This document shows positions 51,301 through 63,193 of a stretch of DNA of 64,000 bases, in pieces (the first letter of the stretch is position 1; the number at the start of each line of letters is the position of its first letter). Made by a program: the position numbers and the translations under genes. The notes below the pieces were generated by a model. It was not told where the DNA came from and made no database searches. It was given only the letters and a program-made list of their open reading frames with translations. The DNA comes from Octopus bimaculoides (lineage: Eukaryota): positions 193,760,734-193,824,733 of the forward strand of contig NC_068981.1 in assembly GCF_001194135.2 (NCBI RefSeq). The letters run 5' to 3'.

Positions 51301-51379
51301 ACTATTTGCAAATCTCACAACGAGAGATATTCAGCAACAGTACTTTGTAGTAAAGATTATTTGCCAACATAACATGGCT

Positions 51380-52800
51380 CTGTCGTACATGCACACTGAC
51401 ACTGCACATCCAGCAAAGCACACTAGCTTCATTTCTATCAGATCTTCACATGTCCTCAGCAGTCACAGCCATATTTCACTGCCATGTAGCATGGCTGTTT
51501 GCACATGGGTATCATACAGTTTGCCTTTCACTGACCTTTGTTACTGACAGAGGTAGGAGCTCTCTGAACTTTGCCCAGCCTATTCTTATTCTAGCAGCTA
51601 CACTCTCAGAGCATCCACCCTCACTACTAACTTGGTCACCTAGGTAATGGAAGCCATCAACTATTTCTAGATATCCTTCCTGGCATTTGACGAAGTCTAT
51701 TTTCTGTACAGTTCTAGTGTTTGTCGTACCTATACATCTGCCCTACACAAAGGCTACTTTCTCAGTTAATCTTCCTCTGATATTGCTGTACCCCTTATGT
51801 GTCCATAGCTTGCATCAGGTACACATTATGAAGTTTCTACCTACACCTTTTCTACAGATCAAGCAGGATCATCTCCTTGAAGGGATTTGTGATTTGTCTG
51901 TTTTTCTACTTACTAAAACCTTGGTCTTTACTAAATTGACTTTAAGGCCCTTTGGTTTTAGACCTTGCTTTCACACCTGAAATTTCTTCTCTAGTCCTGG
52001 TAGTGATTCTGCTATAAGAAAATGGACATCAGCATAAAGGAGCTCCCAGGGGCAGCCTGGCTTAAATTCCTTTGTTATTGCTTGAAGGATTATGATGAAC
52101 AAGAGAGGGCCAAGGGGTGACACTTGCTCACTGAATTCATCACTATACTTGTTACCAACACTCACCTTACTGACAACACCCCTGTACACGGTTTGTACAG
52201 CTCTCACCAACCATTCTTTTATCCCTAGTCTCTGCAATGACTATCAGATAAGGGAGTGAAGGACCCTGTCAAAGGATTTCTCCATGTCGACAAAAACCAA
52301 GTACAGAGGTTTATTTTTGGCCAAGTATTTCTCTTGCAGCCGCTTTACTAGGAATATAGCATCAGTGGTGCTTCTCCCTGGCACAAACCAAACTGCATCT
52401 CATCTGGATTAACCCTCTCCCTAATTAGTTGGGCTATGACCTTCTCCATAACTTTCATCACCTGATCCAACAATTTGATACCTTTGTAACAGTTGACTAT
52501 GTTATTAGGTATGACTCCTTCATGTACAACCTGATTAACTATATGGGTGACTAGACCATAACCCTACACTGCCAGATATCTTAAGCATCTCAACGGTGGT
52601 TCCTGAAGGGCCAAGGGCTTTCCCCATCTTCATGTCCGTCATGGCTTTATCTACCAACCTACTGTCTATTCAGATTGTTGGTCCCTCTGCTGGACCCACA
52701 TTAGGCAGACTCTCCTTCTCCCATTGGTTTTCCATGCTGGCAAGGGTTGGACAGTTTGACAGGAGCTGGTCAGCTGAAGAGCTGGTCAGCTGAAGAGCTG
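51380..52800 (-). mobile_element. RTE ORF2 RT remnant
   Basis: VDMEKSFDRVP, RLGIKEWLVRAVQ.., SPLGPLLFIIILQAITKEFK.GCPWELLYAD. Confidence 0.88.
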
Positions 52801-52929
52801 CCAGGCTCCATGTCAATTTTGGTATGATTTCTATGGCTGGACGACCTTTCCTAACAATATATATTGGATCATCCATTAAATAATGCGTTTTATTTTAATA
52901 CTTCTTTTATTTTTCAAAATTAAGATAAA

Positions 52930-53070
52930 CAAAGTTCTTTTTTAATCTAGAATATACTTTCCTTCATTTTCTACAATGCTCTTCCATCTATCTTGTAGAC
53001 TTGCAAGGCCCCTCTTCCAAAATTCACTTGTCCGTGATGAAAAATACTCCTCCCTGTCTACAGAATTCTG
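52930..53070 (-). mobile_element. mariner C-terminal remnant
   Basis: EEYFSSRTSEFWKRGLASLQDRWKSIVENEGKYILD*. Confidence 0.75.
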
Positions 53071-53372
53071 TCCAAATGATTTTGAAGACTGCAGAATAAA
53101 TGATAATCAGATGAGGCAATGTCCAACAAATATGGTGGTTGTTATCCAAGGGAACGGAAAAGGCCGATATAGCTTGGCACCTGTGACGTCTCAACTCATT
53201 TCTATAGCAGAGTGAACTGGAACAGGAAATAAAGTGTCTTGCTCAAGAACGCAACACACAGTCTGGTCCTGGAATCGAACTCACTACCTCATGATTGTGA
53301 GCCCGATGCTTTAACCACTGAGCCATGTGCCTTCACATATATATATATATACATACATAGATAGATATAGAT

Positions 53373-53815
53373 TTAGATACAACTGTTGCTATTGAAGTAT
53401 GGTTTACATTTTTCTAGGATCTTCCACTTTATGCTGTACTCGGTGGCACTTTCTTTCAAAGACCAAACATGCTTGGCCAGGGTTGTGGCATTACATCTCT
53501 CCGAGATGTTGAAGGAGGACTTGTGGATGTTATAGCAAGTTCTGAAGGGGCTTTCAGTTGTTCCAACGTACTTTCGCACATTCAGTTACCCATTTGACCC
53601 TATTGCTGTTATCTCCGCCTCAAATACAACAGTCTCCATGTTAGTAGCTGTTCAGTGGACATGTTGTGTTGTCCCTACATGAGCATCTCGTTTGTCTCAG
53701 GTGAGGACCTACCTACTAAAATCTTTTTTACATTGGGTGCACAGCTAAAAGAAATTCTCAAGGTGTGCTTATTGAATATTTTGTAGAACCTATTTGTACA
53801 GGGGGAGTGCTTATC
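53373..53815 (-). mobile_element. Penelope-like GIY-YIG endonuclease remnant
   Basis: CSCRDNTTCPL..VVFEAEIT...KYVGTTESPFRTCYNIHKSSF...TTLAKHVWSLKE...IKWKILEKCKPY. Confidence 0.88.
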
Positions 53816-54068
53816 TACTAAGCTAAGAAAAATCATACCTACTCAGGTTTTCACACTTAAAGAGAAGGGCAGTGTGAACTACAACACTTTCCGGTGGCGC
53901 TTTCTCTAGAGGGGTTAGGGCCTGACATATAACTAATTCTATCCTTGAAACCACTACTGGCCAGAACTTCATATAAATATATACATACATCCATGTATAC
54001 ATATACACACAATATATATACACACATATATATCCATATACATATATATACATGTATATGTCCATATA

Positions 54069-54105
<37 letters not shown>

Positions 54106-54919
54106 NNNNNNNNNNNNNNNNNNNNNNNNNNNNNNNNNNNNNNNNNNNNNNNNNNNNNNNNNNNNNNNNNNNNNNNNNNNNNNNNNNNNNNNNNNNNNNN
54201 NNNNNNNNNNNNNNNNNNNNNNNNNNNNNNNNNNNNNNNNNNNNNNNNNNNNNNNNNNNNNNNNNNNNNNNNNNNNNNNNNNNNNNNNNNNNNNNNNNNN
54301 NNNNNNNNNNCATATATATACATGTATATGTCCATATATATATGTATATATATATATATATATATACATACACACACATATATATATATACATATATATA
54401 TATCCATATGCATATATATACACACACACACACACATACATATCTATACATAGTAATAATTAAGTACAATCCGGGAATGCAAGTGCAGGAAGTTAGCAAT
54501 TTTTGAGCAAGTGTGTAATTAAAATACATCACAAAAGGTGAACAATATCTGATAAAACTACTTTATTAATAATTTAAATTACACATTTCCTCAAACACTG
54601 AGATTAAAAAGAATTTTGATTAGCAGATAGTCATCGAACAACTCGTGGTTTAGCAACTAAAATAAGGCTGTGTGGTAAGCTGCTTGCTTACCAATCACAT
54701 GGTTCCAGGTTCAACTCTACTGCATGGCACCTTGGGCAAGTGTCTTCTACTCTTGCCTCGGGCCGACCAAAGCCTTGTGAGTGGATTTGGTCAACGGAAA
54801 CTGAAAGAAGCCCATTGTATATATATAATAGTTGAAATTTACCAAAAAACAAAAGACAAAGACAGGTATATAAACAAAAAGCAAGTGTATTAGTTTGATG
54901 CTTGGAAAGGTGAGAAAGT

Positions 54920-54955
54920 CTTTTAGGTTTTGAGCCTATGCTCTTCAGCAGAAAG
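54920..54955 (-). ncRNA. Decayed hammerhead motif (family HH-D), second copy
   Basis: CTTT CTGCTGA A GAGC atag GCTC AAAAC CT A AAAG. A third family copy at ~55680-55800 has this block deleted. Confidence 0.5.
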
Positions 54956-55244
54956 GAACATGAAGAAATAAAAAGAGAGAGAATAAAAAAGAACTTGTGG
55001 ATTTAACGGTTAATCATGTATATGTTTGTCCCTCCATTACTTGACAATCGATGTAGGTGTGTTTACATCCCCATAACTTAGCGGTTTGGCAAAAGAGACT
55101 GATAGAATAAGTACTAGTCTTACAAAGAATAAGTCCTGGGATCAATTTGTTCGACTGAAGGCAAGTGTCTCCTACTATTGCCTCAGGCCAACCAAAGCCT
55201 TGTGAGTGGATTTGGTAGTCGGAAACTGAAAGAAGCCCATCATA

Positions 55245-55298
<54 letters not shown>

Positions 55299-55613
55299 NN
55301 NNNNNNNNNNNNNNNNNNNNNNNNNNNNNNNNNNNNNNNNNNNNNNNNNNNNNNNNNNNNNNNNNNNNNNNNNNNNNNNNNNNNNNNNNNNNNNNNNNNN
55401 NNNNNNNNNNNNNNNNNNNNNNNNNNNNNNNNNNNNNNNNNNNNNNNNNNNNNNNNNNNNNNNNNNNNNNNNNNNNNNNNNNNNNNNNNNNNNNNNNNNN
55501 NNNNNNNNNNNNNNNNNNNNNNNNNNNNNNNNNNNNNNNNNNNNNNNNNNNNNNNNNNNNNNNNNNNNNNNNNNNNNNNNNNNNNNNNNNNNNNNNNNNN
55601 NNNNNNNNNNNNN

Positions 55614-55658
<45 letters not shown>

Positions 55659-56259
55659 TTACTTGAAATTTTCAGAAAAACAAAAGACAAAGGCAGGTGT
55701 ATAAACAACAAGCAGGTGTGTTAATTTGATGCTCAGGAAAGGAACACAAGGAAATAAACAGAGAGAGAATAAAAAACTTGTGGATGTAGCAGTCAATCAT
55801 GTATATGTTTGTGTGTCTGTGTTTGTCCCTCCACCATCACTTGACAATCAATGTTGATGTGTTTACGTTCCCATAACTTAATGGTTCAGCAAGAGAGACT
55901 GACAGAATAAGTACAAGGCTTACAAAGAATAAGTTCTGGGGTCGATTTGTTTGACTGAAGGCAGTGCTCCAGCGTGGCCACAGTCAAATGACTGAAACCA
56001 GTAAAAGAATAAAAGGATATAAAAGAATATCTTTTGTCTTTTACTTGTTTCACTCATTAGACTGTGGCCATGCTGGGGCAATGCCTTGATGAATTTTTAG
56101 TCAAATGAATTGACCCTGGTACTTTATTTTAAGCTTAGTACTTGTTCTTATCAATCTTTTTTGCCAAAATACTATACTATGGAGACGTTAAAACACCAAC
56201 ACCCACTGTCAAGCAATGGTGGGGGACAAACACGGACACACACACACACACACATTGAT

Positions 56260-57062
56260 ATATGCTTTTAAAAGCAAAATCTCAGGGGAAGAATGTACAA
56301 CTCAACATAAGCTAGTGATAAGTGACTTTAAGCTTAGGGCCAGAAAGATCCTGAGATGCAAAGCCAATATGGAAAAGCTCAAAGACCCTCCAAATGGGTA
56401 GAGATGTAGAGATGTCCTCAATGAGGCCTTTGATGAGAAGGAGGGAGAGACAGAACCATATGGCAACTGATTTTCTACAGGACAATCTACTAAGGGCAAC
56501 AGACCGAATTTGTGGTTGGAGCAAAGCCTCTACCAGACCAAAGGTAATGCTGCGAGGACCATAAAAGAGAAGTGACGGGTCTGGACAGAGCAGAAAAAGA
56601 GGGGGTAGTAGCAAAGAATGATATCAGAAGACTAAAAGGGAGGCTTGACGTCAGGTCTGTCTAGCTAGGGTAGAAGCAGAAATGAAGAGGTTTGCCAATG
56701 TCATACAGCGTGAAGATCAGAGATTTGAATTGTTCTGGACTGCCAGACAGTGTTTCAGTGAGAACTGAGATATTGTAGGAGAGAAGTGGGTGTGGATGGA
56801 TAATGGTGGCATTTTGTGATGTGGACAAGAAAGGAGTGTGGAAAAGTTACTATGCGAGACTGTCGAATGTAGAGAATGAATGGGATAAAAGGAATCTCCC
56901 TCATGTGAGCCCAACAGAGGGACCAGCTATCCTAGTGGACAGCAGTATGGTAGATGAGACAATTAAAAAACATGAAAACCAGGAAAACTTCTGGTCCATC
57001 TGGAATCACATGGTAGGATACGGGCTGGTCACCAAGATTCTGAGTTTGATTCCAGGCAGTGA

Positions 57063-57115
<53 letters not shown>

Positions 57116-58800
57116 TCGCAAAAATACCTTCGGAATGAGAACCCAGGTTTGAAATTTCCCCCAAGACACCTGATGAAGGCTGGAGGGTGTATCAGCCGAA
57201 ACATTGTGTTAACAACAAACAAGATGAGGAGAAATATCCATCAAATGTAAATAATGTAAATAATGTACATAATTCCTCATTTCTTAAATATAGAACCCTA
57301 TGTCACCCATATTGTTAATTAGATCATTCAAGGTGTAACACCCAATCACTAGCATAGCAGCATAATTGTTAGCTGCTACATAGGTAAGGGTGATGCATTA
57401 GATAGAAGCAACTATAGAGGCATCAGACTCCTGGACAATGTGATGAAAATTACAGAGTGAGTTATTGTCCAATTAATTCAGAGCAGAATCAGGCAAGACG
57501 AAATGCAGTTTAGCTTCGTCTGGGGAAGAAGCACTACTGACACTATTTTCATAGTCAGGAGAAGTACAAGAGAAGTACTTAGCTAAGAACGAACCATTAT
57601 ACTTGGCATTCGTTGATCTAGAGAAAGCCTTCAACAGAGTTCCCTGCTGTGTGATATGGTGGGCTCTGAGGAGACTAGGGATAGACCAGTGGCTGATGAA
57701 AGCTGTACAGGCCATGTACAAGGACACTGTCAGTACTGTGAGAGTTAACAATAAGTATAGCAAAGAATTTGGTGTACAGGTAGGGGTTTATCAAGGCTCA
57801 ATCTTTAGTCTCCAGCTTTTAATCATTGTCCTTCAGGCCATAACAGAGGAATTCAAGATTAGCAACCCCTGGGAACTACTCTATGTTGATGATCTTGCCC
57901 TCATAGCAGATTCCATATCAGAGCTAGAAGAGAAATTCCAAGTGTGAAAGCAAAACCTGGAATCTAAGGTCCTAGTAAGCAAGAAAACTGACAGGACCCT
58001 ACCCCTGTCAGGTAGGTGGCCCTGTTCAATTTGTAGGGAAGATGTAGGCAGGAACTTCATGTGGTGTACTCAATGCAAGCTATGGACACACAAAAGGTGC
58101 AGTGGATTAATAGGAAGGTTATCAGAGAAGATGGTTTTTGTATGCAGAAAATGCACAGGATCCATAAAAACTACAGAGACTCAGTAAATAGATTCTCTCA
58201 AATGCGCTGGTGGCTCATTAAAGGTTGTAGATAATTTCTGCTATCTAGGGGACTAAATTGATAGTGGGAGAAGATTCAGAGAAAGTGTGATAGCTAGAAT
58301 AAGAATAGGATGGCATAAATTCAGAGAACTATTACTTCTGTTGGCCATGAAAGGTTTCTCTCTCTGAGTGAAAGGGAGATTGCATGATGCAGGCATACGG
58401 ACAGCAATTCTACATGGTAGCAAGACATGGGCCCTGAATGCAGAGGACATGCAAAGGTTAGAAAGGAATGGGATTTGTATGCTCCACTGGATGTGTAATG
58501 TAAGTGTAAATGTTCAACAGTCTTTTGAGAGAGGAGTTAGGCATAAGAGGAATTGGTTATTGTGTGCAAGAGAGGAGACTGCACTGGATACCAACAGCTC
58601 CATAAAAGAAGCGCCAATATCTCATAGTGGATGGATCACGTGGAAGTGGGAGACCCAGGAAGACATGGGATGAAGTACTGAAGAACAACCTCAGGAAGCT
58701 GAACCTTTCAGGTGAGATGACAAAGGACCAGGTCACCTGGCACCTTGCTGTACTCAAGAAGACCCATGCCTCGCCGCAGAAATGTTAGCCCTGGTTCCTT
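56260..58800 (+). mobile_element. Long decayed RTE LINE ORF2 (RT + C-terminus), interrupted at 57034-57301
   Basis: GKGDALDRSNYRGIRLLD, AFVDLEKAFNRVP, GVYQGSIFS.QLLIIVLQAIT, ELLYVDDLALIA. Confidence 0.92.
57034..57301 (+). mobile_element. 5'-truncated HH-C element (B-box head, (AAT)n, hammerhead 57165-57210) inserted in the RTE
   Basis: GTCACC direct repeat at 57028-57033 and 57302-57307. Hammerhead GACAC CTGATGA A GGCTG..CAGCC GAAAC AT T GTGTT. Confidence 0.85.
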
Positions 58801-61800
58801 TGGTGATCTAAAGCACTTCTGACAGTGCCATGTAAAGCGCCCATGTGGTGCCTCATTAAAGTGATCATGCAGCACCACATAAAAGAGCCCGTGTGGTGTC
58901 ATGTAAAAGCGACCAGCACACTCTGTGAAAATAGTTGGCATCAGGAAGAACAGAAACCATCATGCCAAATCAAACTGGAGTCTGGTTCAGCCTTCCAGCT
59001 GGCCAGCCCTGGTCAAACTGTCCAACCCATGCCAGCATGGACAACAGGCATTAAATGATGATGATGATATGTGTGTGTGCCCGATAGGTTTCTTTCTACC
59101 AGATCCACTCATCACAAGGTCTTGGTTGGTCCGAGGCTAATGTAGAAGACACTTGCCCAAGATGCCACACAGTGGGATTGAACCAGGAACCATGTGGTTG
59201 GGAAGCAAACTTCTTACAACAAAGCCATGCTGTACATACACACACACATATATTACACACACATATGTATTAAACACGCACACACATATATTACACACAC
59301 ACACACACATATATATTACACACACACATATATATATATATTACATATACACACACACACTTTGCCCGGTGTCACAGTATCTTTCCGCTCTGTTTGCTTT
59401 CCCCGACCTGCGTGTTCTACCCACATTCCTTGTCTCACTCTATTATTGCCATCTGCTGGCTCCTGACCTGGGTGTTCCACCCACACGAAACAAGAAAACT
59501 TTTCCCTCATCCTACCCCAACAAACCAATCTACATCTCTTCTCTTGCATTTCCTCCTTCATTCACTTTGCCTAGCTCTCATTACCCAATCCTGTCCTCAC
59601 ACCCCTGTTCTTCTGTACCATTACTAACAGGTAGCCCTAAAACTCTATATATACCCAGGTCTTTTGCCAATTACTCACACTCTTTAATCGCACTCCCTTC
59701 ACAATAGCCTATCACTTATATAATGGCATTTGAAACGCAGGAGTAAGTCTTGGCACTTGCCCTTATCAATATCTCTCTCTTCCTTTACTCAACCATCTCA
59801 TTTATACTGATCCCCATTCCTTTTGCCAGCATCTCCATCCTGTGGTCTCCCACTCTCTCTCTCTCTCCTCCTACACTTCCTTCAGGTCGGGCAATTGTGT
59901 ATTTTCTTTGTGGTAGCAAACCTGTTTCTGTCTTCATTCCTGATCTTCCTCTCTCCAGCCAGGTAACCTTGTACTTCCTCTTCAGCAAGACACCTGTATC
60001 TGTCTCACTATAACCTTTTCCACATCACCTCCTCCCCTCTTAAAAATTATTGTCTTGCAAATACTTGGTGACCCTGTCAGTGCAGGTGCCACTTAAAAAG
60101 CACCCAGTCCACACTGTAAAGTGGTTGGCATTTGGAAAGGCATCCAGCTGTAAAAACCTTGCCAAAACTGACCTCGCCTGTGCTTGTGCCACATAAAAAG
60201 CACTAAGTCCACTCTGCTGAATGGTTGGTGTTAGGAAGGGCATCCTGCTGTAAGAATCCTGCCAAAACAGTCACAGAACCCCGGTGCAGGCTTCGGCCTG
60301 GCCAGCTCTTGTGGTAACGTCCCACCCATGCTAGTGTGGAACACCAACGTTAAATGATGATGATGATGATGATGATGATATATACACGCAGAGAGAATAT
60401 GTATAGGTGAACTTCCGTAATATAAGTTTTTCCATCTTTTTTACTTTAACAGTTTTATTTAATTATATTTTAAGTTAATAAACATTACATTTTAACAAGT
60501 AGCACTTGCTTCAACGTTTCGTAATAGCCCCATGAAATGTGATAAAAGTGAAATAATATTCCTATGTACAACAGGTCGTATTTCTCATTTTTATCTACAG
60601 GCCATACTATGCACGGTGGGAAAAGTATAAAGTATATCTGAACGAAGATGTTCCAGCCGGGACCATTCTATCTTTCAATCCCATCCATCGGCCAGAATAG
60701 AACAATAATGTAGTTCTTTGTCCTTTTTTTTTATGTAAAAAGTCAGTATGACGCGATTTACGAGTGATTTGGTTGCTATTTCTAGCAGGCTAAGCGACCA
60801 AATAAGTAGCAACTTAATTGGTTTTATTGCAGCTATAGTATACAGTGGTGGCGATGGTGAGTTATGACTGATGAGTGTTAATGTTGTAAGCTGTTGAACA
60901 AGAGGTTTTCTAGCACGCACACACACACATATACATGTTTCATAGCGAGCGGAACCACGGAAGTAGTAGTAATACATACATACAAACTTTTGTACATACA
61001 TACATACATACAAACTTTTGTACGTACATACATACAAACTTTTGTATGTACATACATACATGCATGCATGCATGATTAAAAGTGTGTCTATATTATAATT
61101 CTATTCGATAGCAATCCTTGACTGGTAGCTTAGTTGACTGCGAAAGACTGAAGGGCAAAGCTGACCATGGCAGGATCCGAAAGTCCCGACTTGCCCCTTC
61201 TACCAGTTCACCTCTTGGTACATACGTCTTTCTCTTTCTTGGTCACTGAAAGAAAGCAGCAAACATTTTGTTTTCTGTTGACAACTTAACACGGTTGAAA
61301 GGCAGGCAGTATAATGTCCGCTTTCTTAGTCACTCATATTTTGTTTGGTCCCTCTGTTTTACGCTTCTTTCTCGAAAATAATAGCATACAAACAAAATAA
61401 CATCACTGCTCTTACTATGATTGAGAGCAAGCAGTAAAAAAATTGCTTTACCTTTCTTTCTCTTGACCACTTTAGACCAAGAAATGAAGGAATGCGAAGT
61501 AAAAGTAAATATGACTACAAGGAATCTAGTGAAAATTATCAATAACCAATTATATATTACACAAAAGTTATTTATTGTGGAAAAATAGTAAGGCATACAG
61601 TACATGCATTGCATACATAGATCCTTCGCCCTTGAAGTCTTCTATTATATAATTCCAGTCACAAATTAGATACAATACCCGTTAGAAGAGAAATCGAGAC
61701 TGGAAAACGAAAAGCAAATTTGATCTCAGCGAGATTTGAACTCAAAACTTGAAATATTTAGATCCTGCAAAATAGATTACCAATCCACAAATAGAGTTCC

Positions 61801-61889
61801 TATTTTATATCAAAATATGGAGAGAAAAAAACCTAAATACCTAATATATACATACATATATACACACAAGTGTGTATGTGATATCTGGG

Positions 61890-62097
61890 TAGGGTAGAAA
61901 CTTTGGCAGGGTAATACTTGGTGCTCTTCGGAGTAGTTCGTCCGCTTTGGTCCTCACCAAACACCCATCTCTCACCCGTGGCCGCTCGAAGTTGTTTACT
62001 TACAACAACGGCCACAACCCGGGCAGTGGCTTCCATAGCTCTACTTATACCATGGTGAGGGTAGCCAACGGCTCTCAAATCCTCGTTGAGCTACGGT
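61890..62097 (+). other. GC-rich structured segment, possibly a LINE (RTE-like) 5' UTR
   Basis: Hairpins GTGGCCG..GTTGT/ACAAC..CGGCCAC and GTAGC-CAACG/CGTTG-GCTAC, plus long-range CTCTCACC/GGTGAGGG pairing. The resemblance to RTE 5' UTRs is from memory only. Confidence 0.4.
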
Positions 62098-62597
62098 TTG
62101 TCTACACGTACATACATGTATGTAGGTACGTACGTACGTATGTATGTGTGCGTGCGTTGCTAATGTTTGTTTTTTAAGTTGTTAAAATGAAAGCAATTTA
62201 ACATTAAACTGAAGCATTACTCAATACTTGTTATAGAGTACATATACTTTTACAAGAGCAATGGTGATAGTAACTTCGAAGTTTCAGTCTGCTAGCCTTC
62301 GTTGGACTGTCCGAAATCACTGTCATCTTTCTTGTAGAGTTTGAACTTCGCCTAGGTCGACATGCTGAGTCAGTCGAGAAAAAACAAGTTTTTAGATCGA
62401 TTTTATCGAATCCACTGGAGTCTTTGTGTCGTAGCCTTCGCGGATATTTTTCGTGTGCGTGTATGTTTATGTGTAGATATATAGATAGATAGTGTGCGAG
62501 ACAAAGACAGGCACACAATAGGAGAGAGAAAGAATAAGAGAGAGATTGTTCTATTGGACAAACGTTTGATGAGGGTTGGGGAAAAAAACTCACTTAC

Positions 62598-62692
62598 CTG
62601 GGGTTATGGAGATATATATCAGCTTCGATGAGTAAAATGCCTGACAAGAACACCACCACCTGACATATAAACCCATATCGCTTCGTTTCCAT
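62598..62692 (-). CDS. DD3-3: DD3-3-like protein, coding exon 1 (signal peptide + DIYLHNP)
   Basis: Manual minus-strand translation METKRYGFICQVVVFLSGILLIEA-DIYLHNP+AG. Hydrophobic leader, then a perfect donor CAG|GTAAGTG at 62598/62597. 95 nt, phase 2. DIYLHNPxGSNNRL is the N-terminal motif I recognise from Dictyostelium DD3-3 and invertebrate homologues. Confidence 0.88.
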
Positions 62693-63193
62693 TTACACAA
62701 AATAAATGTCTCGTTTAAGTCCCCCTCTCTCTCCCGTTGTTTATCTATTCGGTCCTTCCTTCGTTTATGTTTTGTATCTTATCTTTGTTACAATTAACTC
62801 AAATCTTTTCTTTCTTTCTCCTTTGTTTCTTTAGTTTTCCTATGACGCATTTTTTTAAACTTTTATCCACGCTGTTTCCTTTTCTGTCTCTCTCTCTCTC
62901 TCTCTTTCATTCCACCCTCAGGAGGGTGTGTGAGGTCAAACTATTCAATAATGTAGTTCTCTCTCTCTCTCTCTCGCCTTCTCTCTTTGTCTATATAACA
63001 GGAGTGTACATAAAAGTGTATATTTGGCGCAACACCCCCCCCCCATCCCTATCAAATTCTCGGTGGCTAAACATGTATGTAAGCTCAAGCATGGCTGTGT
63101 GAGTAACAAGGTCACTTCGCAACTATCTTGTTTCCGGTTCAGTCCCCAACTAAACGGCATTTTGAGCAAGTGTGTTCTTCTAATAGTGAATAA

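Noticed and set aside
7376-55666. Long ORFs rich in X, YIYI, THTH, CVCV or poly-D/H/T
   Set aside because: They are translations of N gaps and microsatellites.
60600-60700. Cadherin-like peptide YKVYLNEDVPAGTIL after a plus-strand acceptor
   Set aside because: Stop after ~32 codons, no donor, and it runs into repeat-like sequence. Likely chance.
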